From positions 62,972 to 75,157 of the forward strand of contig JBBDTI010000058.1 in NCBI GenBank assembly GCA_040904565.1: 12,186 bases of DNA, in the 5' to 3' direction. Below the pieces are notes generated by a model. That model was not told the origin of the DNA, ran no database searches, and saw nothing but the letters and a program-made list of their open reading frames with translations. This document shows positions 1 through 8,161 of the stretch, piece after piece. The position numbers and the translations under genes were made by a program. Numbering within the stretch: position 1 is the stretch's first letter; every line of letters starts with the position of its first letter. The DNA comes from Rhodothermales bacterium. GTDB taxonomy: Bacteria > Bacteroidota > Rhodothermia > Rhodothermales > VXPQ01.

Positions 1-14
1 GCGCACGGCGATTC

Positions 15-40
15 ACATGTTATTACATATTATAACGTGT
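15..40. promoter_or_regulatory. AT-rich imperfect inverted repeat, candidate (metallo)regulator operator, overlapping a minus-strand -10 box
   Basis: ACATGTTAT-N8-ATAACGTGT (8/9 complementary) with an internal palindrome ATGT-TATT-ACAT at 17-28. Positions 29-34 read TATAAT on the minus strand. It is an AT-rich patch in GC-rich DNA upstream of a metal efflux operon. Confidence 0.45.
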
Positions 41-298
41 CTGAAATTCATGTATGGGTTGCCCTCCAAAAAGTTCTCCGGGGAAGGGTCGAAAATATAA
101 GTAAACAGAGGGAGACGTCTGTTGCCGTACGACGGTTAGCAGATATGCCCGCGGTGAATGCCGGTTGGGAGTGGGGGATTCCTCTACATCATGATCCGCA
201 ATACTTGCGTACGTGGAATCGCATTTCATGCACGACGTGCGAGCGCCAGGCGGCGTAACGTTGCGTCAACCGTGTGTCCAGCAACGTGAGAGCCGTTC

Positions 299-1495
299 AT
301 GCCTCGTTCCGGAATTCTACTCGTCACAGGTATCTTGCTGAGCGTCGTACTGGTCTCCGGATGTGCGGACGACTCCGTGCCCGACCAGGCGGTGGAGGAC
401 GTCGCACCGCCGCCCTCCGTCACGCCCGCCGCCGAACCATCAGCCGCCGTGCGCCTATCGCCGGCTCAGGCGCGCGATCTCGCCGTCCAGACCATTACCG
501 TACAGCGTATCGACGAGGCGTTCGAGGCGGTGCTGCCCGGTAGCGTGCTTCCGTCGCCCGAGCATTTCGCGCTGGTGAGCGCACCGATCGCGGGTCGAGT
601 ATCGCACATCTGGGCCCATGAAGGAGAACGCGTCGAGCGCGGCGCTCCGCTCGCCGAACTCGAGAGCCTCGAATTTGCTAACCTGGCTGCGGACTTCGTG
701 CAGGCTCGCGCTGAGGCAAACTACGTGGCCGGGGAGGTCGAACGCCTGGAGACGCTCGTCGCACAGAAAATCACACCGCGCAGCCGACTCGACCGGGCCC
801 GGGCCGATCTCACACGAGCCGACGCGATGGTGCGCGCGGCGACGGCGCGTCTGCGCACGCTCGGGATCGATGAGGCGCAGATGGAGAGCTGGACCACGGG
901 TAGTGACGACCGGCCGAATCTCGTCATTCGTGCGCCGATTTCCGGTTCGATAGATCGACACCTCATCGATCTGGGCCAATCCGTAACTGCCTATCAGGAA
1001 ATGATGTCGATCGTCGACCCATCGGCGGTGCTCATCCGTGGATACCTATCGCCCGAAGATGCGTCGGCCGTCCACCCCGGCAATCCCGTATGCATCGAGG
1101 TCAACGACGTACCCGACTGCGTCATCAACACCACCGTGACGACCGTCAATCCGTCGGTCGATCCTGAGAACCGGGCCGTTACGCTGAATATTATCGTCGC
1201 GACGAGGGACGGATGGCCCCTGCCCGGACAGACCGTCCGGCTCACGGTGGACGCCGGGAGCGCTCGTCAGACGATGTCGATTCCACTGTCCGCCGTTCAG
1301 TATTCGGGAGACCAGGCTCACGTTTTCGTTCGACGGGATTCGGTTACGTACGAAAGTCGTCCCGTCGTGATCGAGCGTATTGGGGAAAATGCGGCCGTCC
1401 TGTCGAGCGGACTCTCGGAGGGAGAGGACGTGGCCGTCACTCAGGTCTACAACCTGAAGGCCCTCGCCCGCTTCGAACACTTTGCGGAGGAGTAG
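299..1495 (+). CDS. czcB: RND efflux periplasmic adaptor (membrane fusion protein), CzcB/CusB-like, lipoprotein, 398 aa
   Basis: Hydrophobic signal with lipobox LVSG|C (Cys22). Lipoyl half-motifs 'VSAPIAGRVSHIWAHEGERVERGAPL' and 'IRAPISGSI...LGQSV' flank a coiled-coil hairpin. C-terminal 'IPLSAV...VFV...SGLSEGEDV'. Directly upstream of an HME-RND pump. Confidence 0.9.
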   Translation: MPRSGILLVTGILLSVVLVSGCADDSVPDQAVEDVAPPPSVTPAAEPSAAVRLSPAQARDLAVQTITVQRIDEAFEAVLPGSVLPSPEHFALVSAPIAGRVSHIWAHEGERVERGAPLAELESLEFANLAADFVQARAEANYVAGEVERLETLVAQKITPRSRLDRARADLTRADAMVRAATARLRTLGIDEAQMESWTTGSDDRPNLVIRAPISGSIDRHLIDLGQSVTAYQEMMSIVDPSAVLIRGYLSPEDASAVHPGNPVCIEVNDVPDCVINTTVTTVNPSVDPENRAVTLNIIVATRDGWPLPGQTVRLTVDAGSARQTMSIPLSAVQYSGDQAHVFVRRDSVTYESRPVVIERIGENAAVLSSGLSEGEDVAVTQVYNLKALARFEHFAEE

Positions 1496-1572
1496 TCGAG
1501 TGCCGAACCGGCGCGCCTGAACATGAATCCCGCCGAGCAGCGTCGTCTCCAGTAATCAGCAATACCGACACC

Positions 1573-4500
1573 GTGCACCGTCTCATCGACTTCAGCCTGC
1601 GACAGAAATTCGTCGCACTCGCCCTGGTTGCCTTGATGGCGATCGGCGGCGTGTTCTCGTTGATGCAGATTCCGATCAACTCGCTGCCCGACGTGACGCC
1701 CGTGCAGGTACTCGTCATTACCAAATCGGGGCGTTATTCACCGTACGACGTTGAGCGGCTGGTCAGCTTTCCGATCGAGACCACGATGAACGGGCTGCCC
1801 GATGTGAGAGAGGTGCGGTCCGTGTCCCAGTTTGGCCTTTCCGCCGTCACCGTCGAGTTCGACGAGGGCACGGATATCTATTTCGCGCGGCAGATGGTCA
1901 GCCAGCGCGTGCAGGCGGTAGCCGACGAACTTCCCGGTGGGGTAGACGTGCCTCAACTCGGTCCCATTTCGACGGCGATGGGAGAGATCTACCAGTACGT
2001 CGTGCGCGGGACGCACCATTCGCTGACCGACCTGCGTGAGATCCAGGACTGGCTGATCGCGCCACAGCTCAAGAACATCCGCGGCGTTACCGAAATCACG
2101 GCGTTTGGTGGATTCGTAAAGCAGTACGACGTCGTCGTGCGGCCCGAAGCGCTGCGGGCGTACGGTCTGGGGCTGCGAGACGTGATCGAAGCCGTCGAAA
2201 GCAATAACAGCGTGTCGGGGGGCAATTACCTCGAACACAATCGCGAACAGTACATCGTGCGCGGTTTCGGGGTGATACGCAACGCAGGCGACATCGAAAA
2301 CGTCGTCGTCGCGAAGACGGGCGATCGGCCGGTCTATATCCGCGACGTCGCCGAGGTCACCCTTGGGCGCCAGCTTCGCCAGGGCGCCGTGACGCAGGAC
2401 GGACAGGGTGAGGTCGTAACCGGCATCGTGATGATGCTGCGAGGCGGCAACGGCCGGGAAGTGATACGGGACGTCGTGGCGAAAATAGAGACCATCAATG
2501 AAGGCCTTCCGGAGGGTGTCTACATCGAGAAGTTCTACGACCAGTCGGAGCTCGTCGAACGCACCACGCGGACGGTGGCTACCAACCTGGTCGAAGGCGG
2601 CTTTTTCGTGATCGCCGTCCTGCTTCTGCTCCTGGGTGAAATTCGCGGAGCCCTCATCGTGGCCACGGTCATCCCGCTGTCTATGCTCTTCGCGTTTATA
2701 GGCATGCGCGAATTCGGTCTCGCCGCGAATCTGATGAGCCTGGGGGCCATCGACTTCGGTATGGTGGTGGACGGATCGGTCGTGATGATCGAGAATATGG
2801 TCCATCGCCTGGAAACGGACCGGGGAGGCCGATCGCGAATACAGATCATTCGGGAGGCCGCCCACGAGGTAGCACGTCCCATCTTCTTCGGCGTATTGAT
2901 CATTTTGATGGTCTACGTTCCCATCGCCACCTTCTCGGGAATGGAAGGCATCCTGTTCCGTCCGATGGCCATCACCGTTGCCACGGCCGTATTCGGCTCG
3001 CTGCTCCTCGCGCTGGTCTACGTGCCTGCCATGGCCGCCATCGTCTTCAGAAACGGCGTAAAGGTGCGCAGGAATTACCTGATGGACTGGCTGCGCCCGT
3101 GGTATCGACGGTTCCTCGATCGGTATCTGGACCGGAAGTGGCGCATCTTTGCCGTTGCGGCCGTGATTTTCGGGTCGTCCGTTCTGATGATCCCTTTTCT
3201 CGGAACGGAGTTCCTTCCCGAGCTCGACGAGGGGTCCATTCTGGTCGAACAGGTGCGCATGCCGAGCGTCACGCTGGCCGAGTCGGTCGAGAATGCTAAC
3301 TGGTTCGCGGCGCGACTCATGGAGTCGATTCCCGAGATCGAGACCGTGGTCCCGAAGACGGGCCGTTCCGACCTCGCCAACGACTGGATGGGCGTTCACC
3401 AGACCGACGTATGGGTCGTGCTGAAGCCGCGGGACGCCTGGCGGCCGGGCATGACGAAGGAGAAGATCAGGGATCTTATCGAACCGTATCTGACGAGCGA
3501 GCCGGGCCTGTCCTACAATTTCACCCAGCCGATCGCGATGCGCGTCGACGAGCTCACCAGCGGCGTCAAGTCGGACATCGCCGTCAAAATTTATGGGGAG
3601 GGTCTCGACGTGCTCAATGACGTCGCCGATCGGATTGCCCGCATCGTGCCGACCGTTGAGGGAACGGATAATTTCTTCGTAGAGCAAACCGAAGGGCAGC
3701 CGTATCTGAACGTCGAGATCGACCGGGAACGCATAGCTTCGTACGGTCTCAATGTCAACGACGTACAGGAGGTCATCGAGGCGGGGATCGGTGGGGAGGC
3801 CGCGGGACAGGTGTTCGAGGGCCAGCGACGTTTCGACATCGTCATCCGCTTTCCCGAGGCGCTTCGCTCCAGCTTCCGCGACATCGCCGATGCTCCGATT
3901 CAGCTGCCCGGAGGCGGTTACATCCCCCTCAGTAGGGTCGCTACGGTATCCGCCGAAGAAGGACCGCGTGAAATCGCTCGAGAAAGCGGATGGCGCAGAG
4001 TCATCGTGGGCATCAACGTGCGCGATATTGACATTGGCTCCTACGTCACTGCGCTGCAGATGGCCGTCCGCGAGAACGTAGACGTTCCGGCCGGCAATTT
4101 CCTCGAATACGGCGGGGCGTTCGAAGACCAACAGCGAGCTATGCGCCACCTGTACGTTGTCGTGCCCCTGGCCCTGTTCATCATCTTCGGACTCCTTTAC
4201 ATGATGTTCGGGCAGATTCGCTACGCGCTGCTCATCTTACTGGCGCTACCTTTCGCACTCTCCGGCGGCGTATATCTGCTCTGGATGCGCGGGCTCTACC
4301 TGTCCGTATCTGCCAGCATCGGCTTCGTCGCGCTGTTCGGCGTAGCCGTACTGAACGGCATCGTACTCGTAGCCCATCTCAATAAGCTGCGCCAGGACGG
4401 TCTTTCCGTTCGCGACGCAACACTCCAAGGCTCCGTCGATCGACTGCGTCCGGTGCTCATGACGGCGCTCGTCGCCAGCCTGGGATTTATTCCGATGGCG

Positions 4501-4704
4501 TTCAACGTGGGCCCCGGTTCCGAGGTGCAGCGACCGCTCGCGACGGTCGTCATCGGCGGACTCATAACGGCCACGATTCTTACCCTTGCCGTTCTGCCGA
4601 CCGTCTACAACTGGATCGAAAAGGACGATCGTGTGCCGGGGCGAGACCATCAGGCATTCACCGGCGACCAGATATCGGATCGCGAGGAGGGTTCAACGGC
4701 ATGA
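1573..4704 (+). CDS. czcA: CusA/CzcA-family heavy-metal efflux RND permease, divalent-cation (CzcA) type, ~1043 aa
   Basis: Start reassigned to the in-frame GTG at 1573 (MHRLIDFSLRQKFVALAL...), because the track start at 1213 overlaps the MFP gene. Family motifs: 'PDVTPVQV', 'SQFGLSAVTVEF', 'GPISTAMGEIYQY', TM4 'MSLGAIDFGMVVDGSVVMIEN', 'EFLPELDEGSI', 'FTQPIAMRVDEL', 'GFVALFGVAVLNG', 'RLRPVLMTALVASLGFIPMA', 'GSEVQRPLATVVIGG'. Confidence 0.96.
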   Translation: MHRLIDFSLRQKFVALALVALMAIGGVFSLMQIPINSLPDVTPVQVLVITKSGRYSPYDVERLVSFPIETTMNGLPDVREVRSVSQFGLSAVTVEFDEGTDIYFARQMVSQRVQAVADELPGGVDVPQLGPISTAMGEIYQYVVRGTHHSLTDLREIQDWLIAPQLKNIRGVTEITAFGGFVKQYDVVVRPEALRAYGLGLRDVIEAVESNNSVSGGNYLEHNREQYIVRGFGVIRNAGDIENVVVAKTGDRPVYIRDVAEVTLGRQLRQGAVTQDGQGEVVTGIVMMLRGGNGREVIRDVVAKIETINEGLPEGVYIEKFYDQSELVERTTRTVATNLVEGGFFVIAVLLLLLGEIRGALIVATVIPLSMLFAFIGMREFGLAANLMSLGAIDFGMVVDGSVVMIENMVHRLETDRGGRSRIQIIREAAHEVARPIFFGVLIILMVYVPIATFSGMEGILFRPMAITVATAVFGSLLLALVYVPAMAAIVFRNGVKVRRNYLMDWLRPWYRRFLDRYLDRKWRIFAVAAVIFGSSVLMIPFLGTEFLPELDEGSILVEQVRMPSVTLAESVENANWFAARLMESIPEIETVVPKTGRSDLANDWMGVHQTDVWVVLKPRDAWRPGMTKEKIRDLIEPYLTSEPGLSYNFTQPIAMRVDELTSGVKSDIAVKIYGEGLDVLNDVADRIARIVPTVEGTDNFFVEQTEGQPYLNVEIDRERIASYGLNVNDVQEVIEAGIGGEAAGQVFEGQRRFDIVIRFPEALRSSFRDIADAPIQLPGGGYIPLSRVATVSAEEGPREIARESGWRRVIVGINVRDIDIGSYVTALQMAVRENVDVPAGNFLEYGGAFEDQQRAMRHLYVVVPLALFIIFGLLYMMFGQIRYALLILLALPFALSGGVYLLWMRGLYLSVSASIGFVALFGVAVLNGIVLVAHLNKLRQDGLSVRDATLQGSVDRLRPVLMTALVASLGFIPMAFNVGPGSEVQRPLATVVIGGLITATILTLAVLPTVYNWIEKDDRVPGRDHQAFTGDQISDREEGSTA

Positions 4705-6008
4705 CGACGATACACCGATTGGTCATCATCGTGGCGGCCGGCGTCATCCTGGCACACGCCGTCCAGGGTCAGGAGGCCCCGCTTCCGAGCACGCTCGGCG
4801 TCACGGAAGCGGTCGAACTCGCTCAGGAACGCAACCCGCGCATCCAGGAACTCCGTTCCACGGTTGCTGCCAAATCAAACGAACGATGGCTCCACCTCGG
4901 TATCCACGCACCCCGGATCACGTATTTTCGGGAGGGCATTCCTACGGTTGCCGCCGGCGGGTTTGCCGAACAACGCTGGGCCGCGTCGCAGTCGATCGCT
5001 TTTCCGCTAAAGAGCTACTACGATTACAGGCGTACCGGTACCGAGCTGGAGGCGATGGACGTGAACCTGGATGCAGCGCGTGCCGGTCTAAAGGCGGCGG
5101 TAAAGACGGCGTACACTGACGTGCTCTATGCACAAGAACTCATGCATCTGCGAGACCAGGAACTCACCCTCGCGGATCGCCTGGTCGCTGCCGCACAGGT
5201 TCGCGTAGAGGTCGGCGAGGCCTCCGAGCTGGAACAGATGAAGGCGGACCTCGAACACGCCGAAGCGCAAAGCCGCCGTCGCGACGCCCAGCGCGAATTG
5301 GAGGCTGCCCGGTATCGGCTCTTCAGAGAAATCGGGATCGATCCGGAAGATCAGACCTATCAGATGGTCTTTCCGGATACGCTGGTCGATGTCGAGATCC
5401 ACATCACGCAGGAAGAAGTCATGGCGCGCGTATCGCGATTGCCCGAGGTGCTTGCGGCGGATCTCTTCGTCGAGGCCGCTGAAATGGAACGGGCGAGCGC
5501 GCGCGTTTCGATTCTGCCGGACGTGATTGTAGACGTGTACCGGCAGGACTACGGCACGGGGTACGATCGATATGGGGTGCAGGTCGGACTGCAGCTCCCC
5601 CTATGGCTGTTCGGCGAGTACCGCGGGCGCGTCCGACAGGCCGATGCGGAAGAACGCGCCGCGTCGTGGCGACGGGAGAGTGTGGAACTGGACCTGAAAG
5701 AGCAGGCGGAGCTTGCCTGGCATGGATACGTCGCGAGCCGCACGACGATGGAACGCTTTCGGACCTCCGTGCAGGAGCGGGCGGATGAGCTTCTTCGCCT
5801 GACGTTGGTCGGCTATCAGCTCGGCGAACTAGATCTCGTTACGCTGCTCGACACGCAGCGCACGTATCTGGCCGGCCAGGAACGATTCTATGATGCGCTG
5901 CGCGATTACTACAAGCAGCTCATCGTCCTCGAGCGCATTCTCGGTGACGAGTTCGTGTACGTAGGGGACTCCGAAACCGCGACGTCGACGGAACGCAACA
6001 TCGAATGA
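4701..6008 (+). CDS. czcC: TolC-family outer membrane efflux protein (CzcC-like), 435 aa
   Basis: Sec signal peptide (…AHAVQG|QE) and 'EAVELAQERNP'. OEP repeat motifs 'VKTAYTDVL', 'RVEVGEASELEQMKA', 'YQLGELDLVTLLDTQRTY'. ATGA 4-bp overlap with the pump stop suggests translational coupling. Confidence 0.9.
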   Translation: MTTIHRLVIIVAAGVILAHAVQGQEAPLPSTLGVTEAVELAQERNPRIQELRSTVAAKSNERWLHLGIHAPRITYFREGIPTVAAGGFAEQRWAASQSIAFPLKSYYDYRRTGTELEAMDVNLDAARAGLKAAVKTAYTDVLYAQELMHLRDQELTLADRLVAAAQVRVEVGEASELEQMKADLEHAEAQSRRRDAQRELEAARYRLFREIGIDPEDQTYQMVFPDTLVDVEIHITQEEVMARVSRLPEVLAADLFVEAAEMERASARVSILPDVIVDVYRQDYGTGYDRYGVQVGLQLPLWLFGEYRGRVRQADAEERAASWRRESVELDLKEQAELAWHGYVASRTTMERFRTSVQERADELLRLTLVGYQLGELDLVTLLDTQRTYLAGQERFYDALRDYYKQLIVLERILGDEFVYVGDSETATSTERNIE

Positions 6009-6023
6009 CGAAGGTGAACGACT

Positions 6024-6533
6024 ATGAATGTCGCACATATCCATATATTGCTGGTTCACCTCCCCGTGTTGGGAGCTTATTTCGGCCTCGTTTTGCTGCT
6101 CTACGGATGGGCGTTTAAGAAGCAGGAAGCCCTTCGTATCAGCTTCGGGACGTTCTTCGTTGCGGGCCTCTTCTCCGTCATCGTGTACCTCACGGGAGGA
6201 GCGGCAGAGGAGATCGTCGAGGACGTCGCCGGCGTGACGCACGACATCATTGAAGCCCACGAAGACTTCGCCGTGGCGGCCCTGGTGAGCGGCATCGTGC
6301 TCGGTCTCACGGGTGTCGTCGGACTGCTCGTCTCGATACGCCGGACCGTCATCCCGCGCTGGCTGACGGTAACCGTCGTCGTCATCGGAATCGTGACCGC
6401 CGGTATCATGGCGCGCACCGCCTATCTCGGCGGTCAGATCAACCATCCGGAAATTCGGTCGGACCAGGAAACCGTGCAGGCGTCCGTGCCGGCGACCGAT
6501 GAATCGAGCGGTGTCTCACTGCCACCCCAGTAG
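6024..6533 (+). CDS. DUF2231-like integral membrane protein (~4 TM) with His motifs, 169 aa
   Basis: N-terminal 'AHIHILLVHLP', then 'TGGAAEE', 'IEAHE' and 'TAYLGGQINHPEIR'. Four hydrophobic segments. Starts 15 nt after the OMF stop with an AAGGTG SD-like sequence. Confidence 0.75.
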   Translation: MNVAHIHILLVHLPVLGAYFGLVLLLYGWAFKKQEALRISFGTFFVAGLFSVIVYLTGGAAEEIVEDVAGVTHDIIEAHEDFAVAALVSGIVLGLTGVVGLLVSIRRTVIPRWLTVTVVVIGIVTAGIMARTAYLGGQINHPEIRSDQETVQASVPATDESSGVSLPPQ

Positions 6534-6579
6534 TCTCTCACTGCCACTCCGATAGCGTCTGACTGCCATCCGCCCGGCG
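6514..6579 (+). repeat. Degenerate tandem direct repeat, 22-bp period, 3 copies (core TCT[C/G]ACTGCCA)
   Basis: 6514 TCTCACTGCCACCCCAGTAGTC; 6536 TCTCACTGCCACTCCGATAGCG; 6558 TCTGACTGCCATCCGCCCGGCG. Copies 1 and 2 are 17/22 identical. Confidence 0.85.
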
Positions 6580-6584
6580 CGAGC

Positions 6585-6613
6585 TTGCCCTTGCCGTGGC
6601 CGCTGTGTACTAT
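6585..6613 (+). promoter_or_regulatory. Candidate sigma70 promoter for the small ORF
   Basis: TTGCCC (6585-6590), 17-nt spacer, TACTAT (6608-6613). About 78 nt upstream of the ATG at 6692. Confidence 0.5.
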
Positions 6614-6691
6614 GCTTTCCGGGACTTAAGCGTGTAGATTCAGATTGAATCGAACACGTCGGGTAATTCAGTACGTCGTCTGGACTCAGTG

Positions 6692-6910
6692 ATGGCGAAT
6701 GAGAACGTGGGCAACATTTCGTCGCTGGAAGAATTGATGGAGCGTGCGCAGGAGCGGTCGCTCCTCGACAACTGGACGCTCGCGGGGGAGGACGTCCATC
6801 TGACCATCGGCACGTACGAGATCGACGTTCATCGTAAGGTGGCGGATCGTTTCGTGCGCGGTCTGCTGCGGAACTACGATCTGATCTTGAACGGTAGCAG
6901 CGAAGCGTAG
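6692..6910 (+). CDS. Small acidic hypothetical protein, 72 aa (alternative start GTG 6689)
   Basis: Fills the gap between the two blocks. GC3-rich codon usage and a protein-like helix/strand/helix pattern (LEELMERAQERSLLDNWTLAGEDVHLTIGTYEIDVHRKVADRFVRGLLRNY). Has an upstream promoter candidate. No family recognised. Confidence 0.65.
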   Translation: MANENVGNISSLEELMERAQERSLLDNWTLAGEDVHLTIGTYEIDVHRKVADRFVRGLLRNYDLILNGSSEA

Positions 6911-8122
6911 CTATGCGCTGCGCTGCGTGATGTCGCCGGTCTCTTTGTTTTTTAGAATCTGACGCGTCGATCCGTCGGGCATCCGCTCTTCTTTGATAAT
7001 TACGTGTCCGTCGACCTCTCGTACGGTGGGCGATACCCGTGGGTGCGGTTTGTCGGCACGCCAGTCATCCAGCGTCACCTCCTCCCATTTCTTTGATTCG
7101 GCCGAGCGGTAGCAGGCGTCCAGTACGGCATTGACGACGTAGCCGTCGTAGAACGTTTCCATGGGCTGCTTTCCGTTCTCGATCGCATCCATCATGTCGA
7201 GAAACATGTCCGTGTAGCCGAGCGCCTTCGCCTCGTCACCGACCGGAAAGAGCCAGCCGCTGGGCGTTTCAACCTTTTCAGCGACGTACCCCTCGCTCTG
7301 CCCGGAGGTGTACATTTCGAAGCCGGTCCGGAGCCAGTGGTTCAGCCAGATCGTCCCTTCGGTGCCTGAGACCTCGTCGCGCAGATCCATACCGCCTCTG
7401 AAGGCCCAGCTGACCTCGATCTGTCCGACCGCGCCGCTCTCGAAGCGGATCATGGCCACACCGTGGTCCTCCGCCTCGATGGGGTGGACGAGCGTGTCGG
7501 CCCAGCACATGACCTCGACCGGACGGTTGTCTTTCCCGACGAAGTTGCGGACGATCTCGATCGTGTGACAGCCCATGTCGATGAGGGCTCCGCCTCCCGC
7601 GCGCTCGTGGTCCCAGAACCAGGCGCTGTGCGGCCCCGGATGCGTTTCCCGCGAGCGAACCCATAGAATGTCCCCAAGTGCACCGTCCTTGACACTCTGG
7701 ATGGCTTTGAGCGTCTTGGGCGTATAGACGAGGTCCTCGAGGTATCCGTGAAACACGCCGGCGTCCTCGACCATCCGCAGCATGCGCCGGGCCTCGTCGG
7801 CCGTTCGCCCGAGCGGCTTCGTGCACAGGATCGCCTTGCCCGCCTCCGCAGCCATCCGCACGCAGTCCTCATGCACGTGATTGGGAAGGCCGATGATGAC
7901 CACCCCCGTATCGGGATGGTTGATGGCCGCCTCCATGTCCGTCGTATGTTCCGGAATCGACCACTCCCCTGCAAACTCGCGCGCTCGCTCTTCCCGCCTC
8001 GAGTAGACGACGTTGACGCGGTCCCGGCCGCGGGCCCCGTTGATGGTGGACGCATAGAACATGCCGATGAGGCCGGTACCTAACAGCGTGATCGATGACG
8101 AGGTGCTTTCGTGGTCGCTCAT
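6911..8122 (-). CDS. Gfo/Idh/MocA-family NAD(P)-dependent oxidoreductase, 403 aa
   Basis: Rossmann motif 'LLGTGLIG', 'IGLPNHVH', 'CTKP' (variant of CEKP), '[12 protein letters not shown]' (DxxxH), 'AEDHG', 'SGTEGTI'. SD AAGGAG lies just upstream of the ATG on the minus strand (8131-8126). Confidence 0.93.
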   Translation of the reverse strand: MSDHESTSSSITLLGTGLIGMFYASTINGARGRDRVNVVYSRREERAREFAGEWSIPEHTTDMEAAINHPDTGVVIIGLPNHVHEDCVRMAAEAGKAILCTKPLGRTADEARRMLRMVEDAGVFHGYLEDLVYTPKTLKAIQSVKDGALGDILWVRSRETHPGPHSAWFWDHERAGGGALIDMGCHTIEIVRNFVGKDNRPVEVMCWADTLVHPIEAEDHGVAMIRFESGAVGQIEVSWAFRGGMDLRDEVSGTEGTIWLNHWLRTGFEMYTSGQSEGYVAEKVETPSGWLFPVGDEAKALGYTDMFLDMMDAIENGKQPMETFYDGYVVNAVLDACYRSAESKKWEEVTLDDWRADKPHPRVSPTVREVDGHVIIKEERMPDGSTRQILKNKETGDITQRSA

Positions 8123-8161
8123 GGTCTCCTTGCGTTCACTTCGAGTCCTGATTAAATTTTG

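Noticed and set aside
13-258. Short ORFs in the upstream region (23-229 -, 37-258 +, and a 12-codon minus ORF MNFRHVIICNNM from 51 preceded by GGAGG)
   Set aside because: Atypical codon usage, no motifs, and they overlap likely promoter/operator DNA; they cannot be supported without expression data.
1213-1572. N-terminal 120-aa extension of the RND pump in the ORF track
   Set aside because: It overlaps the MFP gene out of frame and has Arg/Gly-rich non-protein-like composition. The family N-terminus begins at GTG 1573.
1738-4149. 803-aa antisense ORF
   Set aside because: Codon-register shadow of czcA, typical of GC-rich genes; no recognisable motifs.
6514-6579. Mini-CRISPR interpretation of the repeats
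   Set aside because: The 11-12-bp cores with ~10-bp spacers are far too short, the spacers resemble each other, and there are no cas genes.
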